Assembly (NCBI GenBank): GCA_002269645.1
Contig: NIVC01000235.1
Location: forward strand, 65,050-129,049
From: Macrostomum lignano
Lineage: Eukaryota
DNA length: 64,000 nucleotides
Direction of reading: 5' to 3'
Shown piece by piece: positions 13,200 through 24,000 of the stretch. Numbering within the stretch: the stretch's first letter is position 1; every line of letters starts with the position of its first letter. The position numbers and the translations under genes were made by a program. The notes under the pieces are model-generated. The model was given only the letters and a program-made list of their open reading frames with translations, made no database searches and had not been told where the DNA came from.

Positions 13200-13662
13200 G
13201 CCGCTAGAAAAGGTGCCACAAGACACAGGTGCGCTAGAAAAGTTTCCAGAAGACCAAGGTGCGATAGAAAAGGTGCCAGAAGACCAAGGTGCGATAGGAA
13301 AGGTGCCAGAGGACCAAGGTGTGCTAGAAAAGGTGCCAGAAGACACAGGTGCGCTAGAAAAGGTGCCAGAAGACACAGGTGTGCTAGAAAAGGTGCCAGA
13401 AGACACAGGTGCGCTAGAAAAGGTGCCAGAAGACACAGGTGCGCTAGAAAAGGTGCCAGAAGACACAGGTGCGCTAGAAAAGGTGCCAGAAGAACAAGAT
13501 GTGCTTTAAAAGGTGCCAGAAGACCAAGGTGTTCTCAGAAAAGGTGCCAGAAGACCAAGGTGTTCTCAGAAAATGTGCCAGAAGACCAAGGTGTTCTCAG
13601 AAAAGGTGCCAGAAGACCAAGGTGTGCTTAGAAAAGGTGCCAGAAGACCCAGAAGACACAGG
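13200..13662. repeat. 30/31-bp minisatellite (GAAAAGGTGCCAGAAGACACAGGTGCGCTA)n, about 15 copies
   Basis: Direct tandem units; 31-bp variants break the EKVPEDTGAL frame. Confidence 0.95.
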
Positions 13663-14604
13663 GGCTCTGCTGCAATGGGGACATGAAGGTGGCTTCCAAA
13701 GACACAGAGAAAATAATGAGAAATCATGCTTTCCCCAGCCTCATCTACATCCTCCTCTCCGCTCTCTTGATCCTGCTCTACCCAGTCCCGCAGTGCACCT
13801 TAGCCGCAGCCATCAGACAGCTTGGCACTGCAGCAGAAGTGCTGGAAAGTAAGATGGAGAGGCGGCATTGACCGGCAAGAATTCATCACTCGTGGCGGGC
13901 CCCCGTGAGATCCCCAATGTGGGAGCCGCCGCCGCCAGTGTGTGCGCAATCGAGTGGCGACAGAATTAAGCGAAACTCCGCGGCGCCATAACTGCGTGCG
14001 TCCGGCTTGAAGAGGCCGCGTAGCTCTCGGAGGCCTCCTGTGTAATTCGATTCGGCCGGCGGGAAAGCAGGAGACGCCAGAGCGGCCAGCCACCAACCGA
14101 AACCACCGATGCGGGGGGGTGATGCCAGTCCTGAGAAGTTTGCCCTCCTCCCCTATTCTCACTCTTCCTCTCCCGGCTGGCTTCTCCTTTTCCGGTTTTC
14201 CCCCGCCTCCTCTCCGCCTCGGGGCAACAGCAGAAAGTCCTCAGCCATCCTTGAAATAAAAGGGGGATCCTTTTTCACCCGGCCTGCCGTCTCTGTTACC
14301 CCGCTCGGGCCGGTAAAGTTTTTGGGCGGAAGGCAGGAAAAGGCAAGGCGAGGCGAGGGACAATTTCGCGTCTCGTACACTTTTTCTGAGACCTCATAAG
14401 CGGCGGAGGGCGGAGCAGCGAGACGCTTCGTTTGAGCGCCGACGCGAGATAAATACAATGCAAAGAGAGACGGCACTAACTCAATACTGAGCCAGAAATT
14501 TCGTTAAGACCGGCTACCGGCCCCTTCAATCCGCATATCAGGGCTCTGGGAGGCTCCAGCCTGACAAGTTCGAGCTGCATCAGTCAGGCCCGCCGCATCA
14601 CCGA

Positions 14605-14918
14605 ATGCTGCTGCGCTCTCAGTCCCGACCGCCGGCGTCGCCCTTCGCCTCGCCGATTGCGGAGGCCGCCGAGGTGGACATCGACCTAGCTGAGCAGCCG
14701 CTCATCCAGCAAACTCCGCAGCGACATCATCAGCAGCAGCCGCCGGCTTCAAATCAGCATCATCAGCGACATTATCAGCCGCGTCGGTTCAGCTTCGGCC
14801 GACGGCAGAGCGGCGGCGGCGGCGGTGGCTGCGCGGTGCTGCGGAACCCGTCAGCTGACGGCAGGAAGCAGTCGGTGCCGCGGATCGACTTTACCCACGC
14901 TGACGAAGACGATGAAGA
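14605..14918 (+). CDS. TRPC alternative first exon 1a (MLLRSQSRPP...DEDDE)
   Basis: 314 nt, ends phase 2 at GA|GTGAGC; in frame with exon 22932. Confidence 0.75.
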
Positions 14919-17900
14919 GTGAGCTGCGGCCAAGAATATGGCTTCTTGTTGGCTTGCATGTAGTTGCTTCATGCACATGCTTCCTTGGAACCGCAGACCA
15001 GACTCCAGAACTACCAGAACCACTGCCCCATGGACTGCAGAGAGCCTCTCCCTTAGCCACCACTGCCCCATGGACTGCAGAGAGCCTCTCCCTTAGCCAC
15101 CACTGCTCCATGGACTGCAGAGAGCCTCTCCCTTAGCCACCACTGCCCCATGGACTGCAGAGAGCCTCTCCCTTAGCCACCACTGCCCCATGGACTGCAG
15201 AGAGCCTCTCCCTTAGCCACCACTGCTCCATGGACTGCAGAGAGCCTCTCCCTTAGCCACCACTGCCCCATGGACTGCAGAGAGCCTCTCCCTTAGCCAC
15301 CACTGCTCCATGGACTGCAGAGAGCCTCTCCCTTAGCCACCACTGCTCCATGGACTGCAGAGAGCCTCTCCCTTAGCCACCACTGCTCCATGGACTGCAG
15401 AGAGCCTCTCCCTTAGCCACCACTGCTCCATGGACTGCAGAGAGCCTCTCCCTTAGCCACCACTGCTCCATGGACTGCAGAGAGCCTCTCCCTTAGCCAC
15501 CACTGCTCCATGGACTGCAGAGAGCCTCTCCCTTAGCCACCACTGCCCCATGGACTGCAGAGAGCCTTTCCCTTAGCCACCACTGCCCCATGGACTGCAG
15601 AGAGCCTCTCCCTTAGCCACCACTGCTCCATGGACTGCAGAGAGCCTCTCCCTTAGCCACCACTGCTCCATGGACTGCAGAGAGCCTCTCCCTTAGCCAC
15701 CACTGCTCCATGGACTGCAGAGCTTCAGTGTACCTGAAAATCTGCACCCGGTCCGCCTTGAAATCCCAAGCTACAACCCAAGCCTGACCGACGCGGGAAT
15801 CTGATTCTTCTGATTCTTCTGGCCGGTCCTAGCGGAGCTTCTGTATCTCATTACGAAATTGCTTTCCTAATGCCTCTCCAGTCCTTAGGAAAGATACCGC
15901 AGCTCGGAGCCAGAAATCATAAATCACTTTTGTGCAGAGCACGCAGTCTCCGACCCTGCCTCAGCTCTCGGCGCGAGGATGCCGGAAGCCGCCCCAAATG
16001 GTTGCCAAAGCATGAATGCGGCGGGATGCTGCGAGTCGGACAGATATTAAGGCCTATCTGAGGTGGCGGCCTCCTCCACATAATAAAATGATTTCCCTGC
16101 CGCCTAAGTGCTGCCAATAGCATAATGGGAGAACAGGGAGGGAGGCTGCTGATAGCCCCCGGGTCGGCAATAAAACTCTCTTTCACTCTGTTCCCCGCCG
16201 CCTCAAATCTTTCTCCAGCAGAGATGAGAGCAATGGCAGAGATCTCTGATTCTGTGGCGTAGCCAATCGGGAAAAGTTTTTGCAGTTAATCCGCCTGTCC
16301 ACTTGGCCTCATTGTCTCTGTATAATAGGGGAGGGGCCGGCCGCTTTCCCTGCCAGGGGCGGTTAGACAAACTCAGCTTGGCACCGGCCCCACCGCTCTT
16401 GTTTGGAGATTGAAAAAACGCAGCAATCAGTCATCGAGGCCGGTCGCTTGACACAACGGCAAATTGGGGCCCCGCAGCAACTGGCCGGCCGCTTCCTCCT
16501 CGGCTGAAACAGGAACTCCGCGAAACTAGAGCCCAGCGCAGGCTTTGCCCTGTGCAAACTGCGGCTCAGCCCGGCTGTCAGCTGGGGGAGGGACCAAGTT
16601 GTTAAAGAGCAATTTTTCTCCTGCACTTTTACAGTCAACTTCTTGGCTTGTTACTGGGATAACCCGAAGTTAAAAGGTAATTGATCATCTACCTGCTCTC
16701 AATTCATCATTACCGCTACCAGATTTTCCAATTCGAAATCAATCTAGTGATGAACGAGTAATTAATCGATATTTATACTATGTGTTGTCTACGGGACAGC
16801 CTAGTAAGCTAGCGCATTTGCAGTCAGTGCTGCAAGTTAAGCAGAGTTTGCCGGGGTTAGTATGCAGATGAATAGGCTGCTTTGGTCATGCCTCAAGAGC
16901 GGCCACAATGAGCAAGTGGTCAACCAAGCGGAGCTGCAGTTCACTCTGCTGTGATTGGGCAGCAGCTCTGGGCTGCAGTTCACCCTGTTGTGATTGGGCA
17001 GCAGCTCTGAGCTGCAGTTCACTCTGCTGTGATTGGGCAGCAGCTCTGGGCTGCAGTTCACTCTGCTGTGATTGGGCAGCAGCTCTGGGCTGCAGTTCAC
17101 TCTGCTGTGATTGGGCAGCAGCTCTGGCTGCAGTTCACTCTGCTGTGATTGGGCAGCAGCTCTGAGCTGCAGTTCACTCTGCTGTGATTGGGCAGCAGCT
17201 CTGGGCTGCAGTTCACTCTGCTGTGATTGGGCAGCAGCTCTGGGCTGCAGTTCACCCTGGCGTGATAGGGTGGCAGTTCTGAGTTGCAGTTCACCCTGCT
17301 GTGATTGGGCAGCAGCTCTGAGCTGCAGTTCACTCTGCTGTGACTGGGCAGCAGCTCTGGGCTGCAGTTCACCCTGCTGTGATTGGGTGGCAGTTCTGAG
17401 CTTCTGTAGAAACAAGATAGGGAACTGCAACCCCCTCAGAGCCAGCACTGCATCAGCTGCACAAAACCCCTGGCTTTGGTTTTGCTACGGGTCAGGGCTC
17501 TAATGTTTCTACACTGTCTCAGACTGAGTTGTTAAATTTTAGAGGCTGAAACACGTTAGACTGCTTCGAGTCAACAGCCCAGGGAGGGGCATCTGTCGGC
17601 TGATTTAGCATTACCGCAAGACTCATCCCAAAGTCATGGTCAATGGGTCAATAATTGCCAGCCAACAACAACAACATTGCTTTGCCAAGAATGCCCCTCT
17701 GATTGACCCCTCCGATGAACCAGCAGGTCCTGATGGTCTCCCCTACAGTCAGTGAAAGTTGCGGGCCCCCCATCTAGGCTTGTCAATAAATCCATGACGG
17801 ACCGGACCAATTCGTCAGCGCCGTGCCTGTTTAGCTAGGAGAAAAAGTTGCGCAAAAATGAATGCAAATACAGAATAGAATCGAAGTGGAGTCAAGGAAA

Positions 17901-18010
17901 AGCGCCAGCCAACTCCGACCAGCCTTCAGAGTGCAAGAGTGAAAGCTGGTCATGCGGCGGGAATCGAGCACGCATGCCTGCTTGCTTTGGCGGAGTCGGT
18001 AGCGGAATTG

Positions 18011-18053
<43 letters not shown>

Positions 18054-21000
18054 CTCAGGGCAAGAGTGGAGATCCCGGACTCAGCCAGAATCAATCAAGC
18101 AGTGCGGCTGCCTGCAATATCTGCATCAATCCGTGAGCCTGCGGCAATGGCTTTTCAAAAGCTGCTTTCAAACGGCTCTACATTTGGTTCTTAAATCCCA
18201 AGCGTGTTGCTCCTAGATTTCTGGATCAAACTATTCTGAAGTGCACTGTGATGCATAACTAATAATAATAATTGATTACTATTTAGTTAGACAAGGACTG
18301 GGGAGTCGCCAAGCACACCCTCAACTACCCCAGCTAATGCTGGCTCCCATTTTACGAGAGTTAAGTGTCTTGCTCGATGCCACAGATTGTTCCGAGTATG
18401 TCGAGAATCGAACCCCCGACGTTCTAACCACTCGGCTACAACCCCTGTGCTAGCAGATTTTCACGCAAGCCTACTCGTGAAGTGAGCCCTGAGTTAACTT
18501 CATAGTCCAACATAGTTTCAACAAAATAAGACAATAAATGAAACGTGATAAAGGTAAATATTTCTAAAAGAAAGAAGCTTTAGAAATGCAGATTTCTGCG
18601 AAAATATTACTCAACGAGGCAGAGCACAGCTGTCACGTGATATTATCATCAATATCTGAGACGACAGCTTCTCTGCAGGCAGGCGAATCAGGGATTTATA
18701 TTCATTTATCCAACTGCACGGCCAGATTAAGTAGTAAGAACTGATTTTTCATTTACCCATATTCTAACTCTATACAGCTATACATTCTGCCATACAGGAC
18801 TCAACTCAGGACAAGGTATAGCTCAGACCAGTCAATTAAAGATGAGTTCCATATGAAATTCATCATATGTAACAAACAGAATTTTCTTGAATTTTCGAAT
18901 TTCTACTCGCTAGTAGTTTAGTGCGAGTAATACCAGCTAAATTATTTCATGGAATCACAAAATTTTAATGAACTGGCAATCGGGAAAAAATGGTGAACTT
19001 GCTCCCAGTGATTCGATGGCAAATCTGGAACTCTTTCGGAGGGACAAACAGAGGCCGCCGTCCCAGCCAATGGCTTCCGACAGCTTTCCAGAAAAGCGCT
19101 CTGCTCTGCTCTGCTTCTCTTTAAGCACCTCCCCAGAAAGAAGATTGTGTAGATTAGGGAAGATCACGATTTCTGCGGCAGACTGCAAATATTCGGCGGC
19201 CAGGGGAGCAAAGGTGGAAAAGCATGGCGGCTGACTACAAGAGAATGGACTCGTAAGTTGACAGTACCTTGGGGTTGCTTAGATCCACTCAGTACGAAAG
19301 GTGCAGTGACATTGGAGCCATAGTGTCTCCTGAGTACAGGTGCACTGACATTGGAGCCATAGTGTCTCCTGAGTACAGGTGCACTGGCATTGGAGCCATA
19401 GTGTCTCCTGAGTACAGGTGCACTGACAATGGAGCCATAGTGTCTCCTGAGTACAGGTGCACTGGCATTGGAGCCATAGTGTCTCCTGAGTACAGGTGCA
19501 CTGACATTGGAGCCATAGTGTCTCCTGAGTACAGGTGCACTGGCATTGGAGCCATAGTGTCTCCTGAGTACAGGTGCACTGACATTGGAGCCATAGTGTC
19601 TCCTGAGTACAGGTGCACTGGCATTGGAGCCATAGTGTCTCCTGAGTACAGGTGCACTGACATTGGAGCCATAGTGTCTCCTGAGTACAGGTGCACTGGC
19701 ATTGGAGCCATAGTGTCTCCTGAGTACAGGTGCACTGACATTGGAGCCATAGTGTCTCCTGAGTACAGGTGCACTGGCATTGGAGCCATAGTGTCTCCTG
19801 AGTACAGGTGCACTGACATTGGAGCCATAGTGTCTCCTGAGTACAGGTGCACTGACATTGGAGCCATAGTGTCTCCTGAATACAGGTGCACTGACATTGG
19901 AGCCATAGTGTCTTCTGAGTACAGGTGCACTGACATTGGAGCCATAGTGTCTCCTGAGTACAGGTGCACTGACATTGGAGCCATAGTGTCTTCTGAGTAC
20001 AGGTGCACTGACATTGGAGCCATAGTGTCTCTTCTTAGAGCTGCCACCCAATCACAGCAGGGTGAACTGCAGCCCAGAGCTGCTGCCCAATCACAGCAGG
20101 GTGAACTGCAGCTCAGAGCTGCTGCCCAATCACAGCAGAGTGAACTGCAGCTCAGAGCTGCTGCCCAATCATAGCAGGGTGAACTGCAGCTCAGAGCTGC
20201 TGCCCAATCACAGCAGGGTGAACTGCAGCTCAGAACTGCTGCCCAATCAAAGCAGGGTGAACTGCAGCTCAGAACTGCTGCCCAATCAAAGCAGGGTGAG
20301 TTGGAGTTCAACTTGATTGACCATTTGCTCAACTGCAGCTGCCTTGAGTTGGTGGTGGTTGCGAACAGCCCATTCAACTGCGGATTAACCGTGTCCAATT
20401 CTGCTTAACGCACTGACTCACTTGTTTATCGATCACCATGCAAAAAGCCGGCAGTAATCTAGAATAAAATGAGAGAAAGCATTAGTTAGAACGGAACCAA
20501 AATTCCAAGCCAACCAATCGACAGTGAAAGATTCGGTGAAATTCGAGAGTCAGTCCGATTGACGGCTCGTCACCCACTGACGCAGAAAGTCAATTATGAG
20601 CGGCAAATTCGATCTTTCAAATTTCCTTCGGCCTTACAAAGCAAAAAACACAAGAAGCGCAGAAAAGTCCCCAAGTTCTTTTCTCCGGCCGCCGTCCCTC
20701 ACAGATCGAGTTGGCGGGGAATCTAATTTGCGCATTTCTTTACGCCCAAAAAAGGAGCGCAAAGAAAAAAGTCGCAGACTCCCAGCCTCATCCGTTTCAT
20801 CCCCAAATAATTGTCTCAGAGAGTAGCTGCGAGTCCTGACGTAACTCGGTTAGAGTCCCTTTCTCTCTGGCCCGCCGCTGACAGAGGTGCATTGCGCTCG
20901 GGGAAGAAGCGGGCCCATGCAGGGGATAAATTGAAGCCAGTTGAGGCAGAAATGGCTGAGCAAAGCCAGCCAGCCCGCAGCCATGCCAGACCAGGGGGCC

Positions 21001-24000
21001 AAGCGCCAGCAGCGCCAGCAGCAGCAGCGAAGGGCGGGCGGCAGCGGCAGTCAGGCAGTCCGGCCGTCCGGCCGAAACTGGCCGGATCTGTTTGCCGGAC
21101 CGGCCCTGGCGGCCGCGGACCCGGTCGGGGTCGGCCTGCTGAACAGGTGAGCGACCGCCGGGCTGTCAGAGACCCCGCTAGTTCGGCCAGAAGTCTCGGG
21201 GCACTTTAAAATGGTGAGGTTGCACATTTTTGAAGCTGGCACAGTGATTCAAAGCATAGAGCTCCATGAGCTCTCAAACACAATCATAGAGCTCTCAAAT
21301 ACAATCCATAGAGCTCTCAAACACAATCATAGAGCTCTCAAACACAATCATAGGGCTCTCAAACACAATCATACAGCTCTCAAACACAATCATAGAGCTC
21401 TCAAACACAATCATACAGCTCTCAAACACAATCAGACAGCTCTCAAACACAATCATAGAGCTCTCAAACACAATCATAGAGCTCTCAAACACAATCATAG
21501 AGCTCTCAAACACAATCAGACAGCTCTCAAACACAATCATACAGCTCTCAAACACAATCAGACAGCTCTCAAACACAATCATAGAGCTCTCAAACACAAT
21601 CATACAGCTCTCAAACACAATCATACAGCTCTCAAACACAATCATAGAGCTCTCAAACACAATCATAGAGCTCTCAAACACAATCATACAGCTCTCAAAC
21701 ACAATCATAGAGCTCTCAAACACAATCATAGAGCTCTCAAACACAATCAGACAGCTCTCAAACACAATCATAGAGCTCTCAAACACAATCATAGAGCTCT
21801 CAAACACAATCAGACAGCTCTCAAACACAATCATAGAGCTCTCAAACACAATCATAGAGCTCTCAAAAACAATCATAGAGCTCTCAAACACAATCATAGA
21901 GCTCTCAAGCCAAATAAACCGAAATTCTTCTTAAGTGCATCCAAGAACAGTCGAATATGATATCAAATCTATGCAAATTTCTGTAAGCAAAAATGTTCAA
22001 AGCATATTTCTGTATAATCTCAGTGGAATGAAGATTATTGTGCAGATTCGGGACATCGGGACGAGCCTCAGCATGCATGGGAGTTTCCAACCTCTTCAGG
22101 TCACGTGAAAATTGTTTGTCCCTCAGGAGGCAAAAGGTGAACTCAACTGCTTGCGTGGGAGGCTGCAGCCTCAGCTTCCCCCAGCTGGAGGCCTCAGCAT
22201 GCCCACTCAGCGGCTCTGAGAAGGCCAATTTGTCATGTCTCTCTTTCTCCTCCGCCCAATTCTCTATTTTCCATGTCAGCGATTTATGCAGGGCGGCCGA
22301 GGGAGAAGGAGCAGGTCCTTGATCCATGCGGCCGGTGCTGCCAAGTGACACAGCTGTAATGAAATTGTGTCCATCTCCGGTCCTTCTCCCTGAAACACAG
22401 CGCCGCTCACTCAGTTTTGCCTTTGCTACCCCCCCCTCTGCTCCTGCAAGCCACTGCAAACAACTGCAGCGGCGGACCCCGGCTTGACGGATGGCCGCGG
22501 AGTTCGGCGGGAATCAGGCGAATGGGTGCGGGTGGGAGGGGAATCACCGCTCCCGCTGCGGCATCAGGCCTAATCAGGAGAGGATTAGCTCAGCTGAGAC
22601 TCCGTGCACATCGCGTGTCGCCCGCTACGAATAGATAAGTTGGCCAGGGTGGCCGAAGTTCCCGGACTCCACAGGCCTCATTAATATCACCCCCGAGGCT
22701 TGCACCATGAGAAAGCAGCGATGTAACCCTGCGCTCCAGACCCAGCCCAATCCATCAATTCAATACATGCAAAATACGCTGCAGCACCTACTGACGAACA
22801 GAGTTCAGTAGCTAGAGAATCACAGACACTTTATCACAGACCAGAGAAAAATTTTCCAATCGCTTGCTAATGATATGATTCTCCTTACTCACTGACAATG
22901 AACCCTCGCCAACCGCCATTCCTGTGAACAGTTTCTACCAGACATTTCAATACTCGACTGGCGACATGCGCAAGACGAACATCAGCTCAAAGCAGGGCAA
23001 CTGCAGCGGCGCGCTGTTCACCAACTTCGAGGACGTGCGGGTGAGTGACAGACCGACCTAAGACTGTGACAGACTGCATAGTAGAATGAAACTGGTCTGA
23101 GGGTAAGTTAATCGATAGGGTGATGCCAAATCTAAGGATCAATTTGAACTTCGTGAAGACCGCCAGAGCCTCAAAAGAGGCACACTGAGGTCGTCACTGC
23201 CAATTGCGATTGCGTGCTTGAATTTGACTAAACTGGCTAAAATATTCTTTGGATCGCTCTGTTTATGCGTTACCATTGGGAAGAAAAAAGAAAATATTTA
23301 GCAGAGCAGGAGCGGACCGAATCAGGATGGCCATTTTAAAAAAACTCCTGATAAAAAATTCCGAGATTTTGAATCAGCACAATTAAACTCAGAAAACTTC
23401 TCCTTCCTCTCCCATTGTCCTATTGGAATGCAACAATTTTGGGGCCCAGAATGCAAACCCAACGGCCCTTCCTCACTCTACCTGCGGTTGAGCAGGAAAT
23501 CCCGAAGTCATTGTTAACCAATTCTCGTCGAAGTTACCCATTATTCTGGCTCCGCTTCACCCTGCCGCCTACGCGCTTCCCCTAGAAGCAGCAGCAATGC
23601 CAGTATAAAAGTCGCCCACCCTGGGCTGGCTCTGCCTCTCAGTCTGGCCGCAAAGATAACCCCAGTCCGGGTCCCGGAACAGTCGGAAAATGACTGACTT
23701 GGAGTCGATCATCGAGCGGGAGAGCTTGGGCGGCATCGCCCGCACCATCAGCTACATGTCTGACTGCAGCAGCCGGGTGCAGCAGCAGCACCACCAGCTG
23801 CAGCAGCATCAGCAGCAGCAGCACCATCTGTGCCGACATCGGGAAGCGGAAATGTGGAACGAATGCGCTTTCGCTTTTCAGCTGACAGACGAGGAGCGAG
23901 TGTACCTGCAGGCCGCGGGCATTGGGGACGTCGGCGTCATCCGGCAGTCGCTGGAGGAGGTGGACAACCCGCAGTTCAACGCCAACTGCGTGGACTACAT

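Noticed and set aside
18968-19234. 88-aa ORF ending near TRPC exon 1b
   Set aside because: Stops before the donor and is out of frame with downstream exons; probably 5' UTR or promoter of exon 1b.
1644-22000. Long ORFs of 200-514 aa in the track (LESVGHV, WKGGVGW, PAQARCLL, RRHYGSNV, HNHRALK and others)
   Set aside because: They are translations of stop-free tandem arrays, open in several frames and both strands, lying inside introns of the spliced models.
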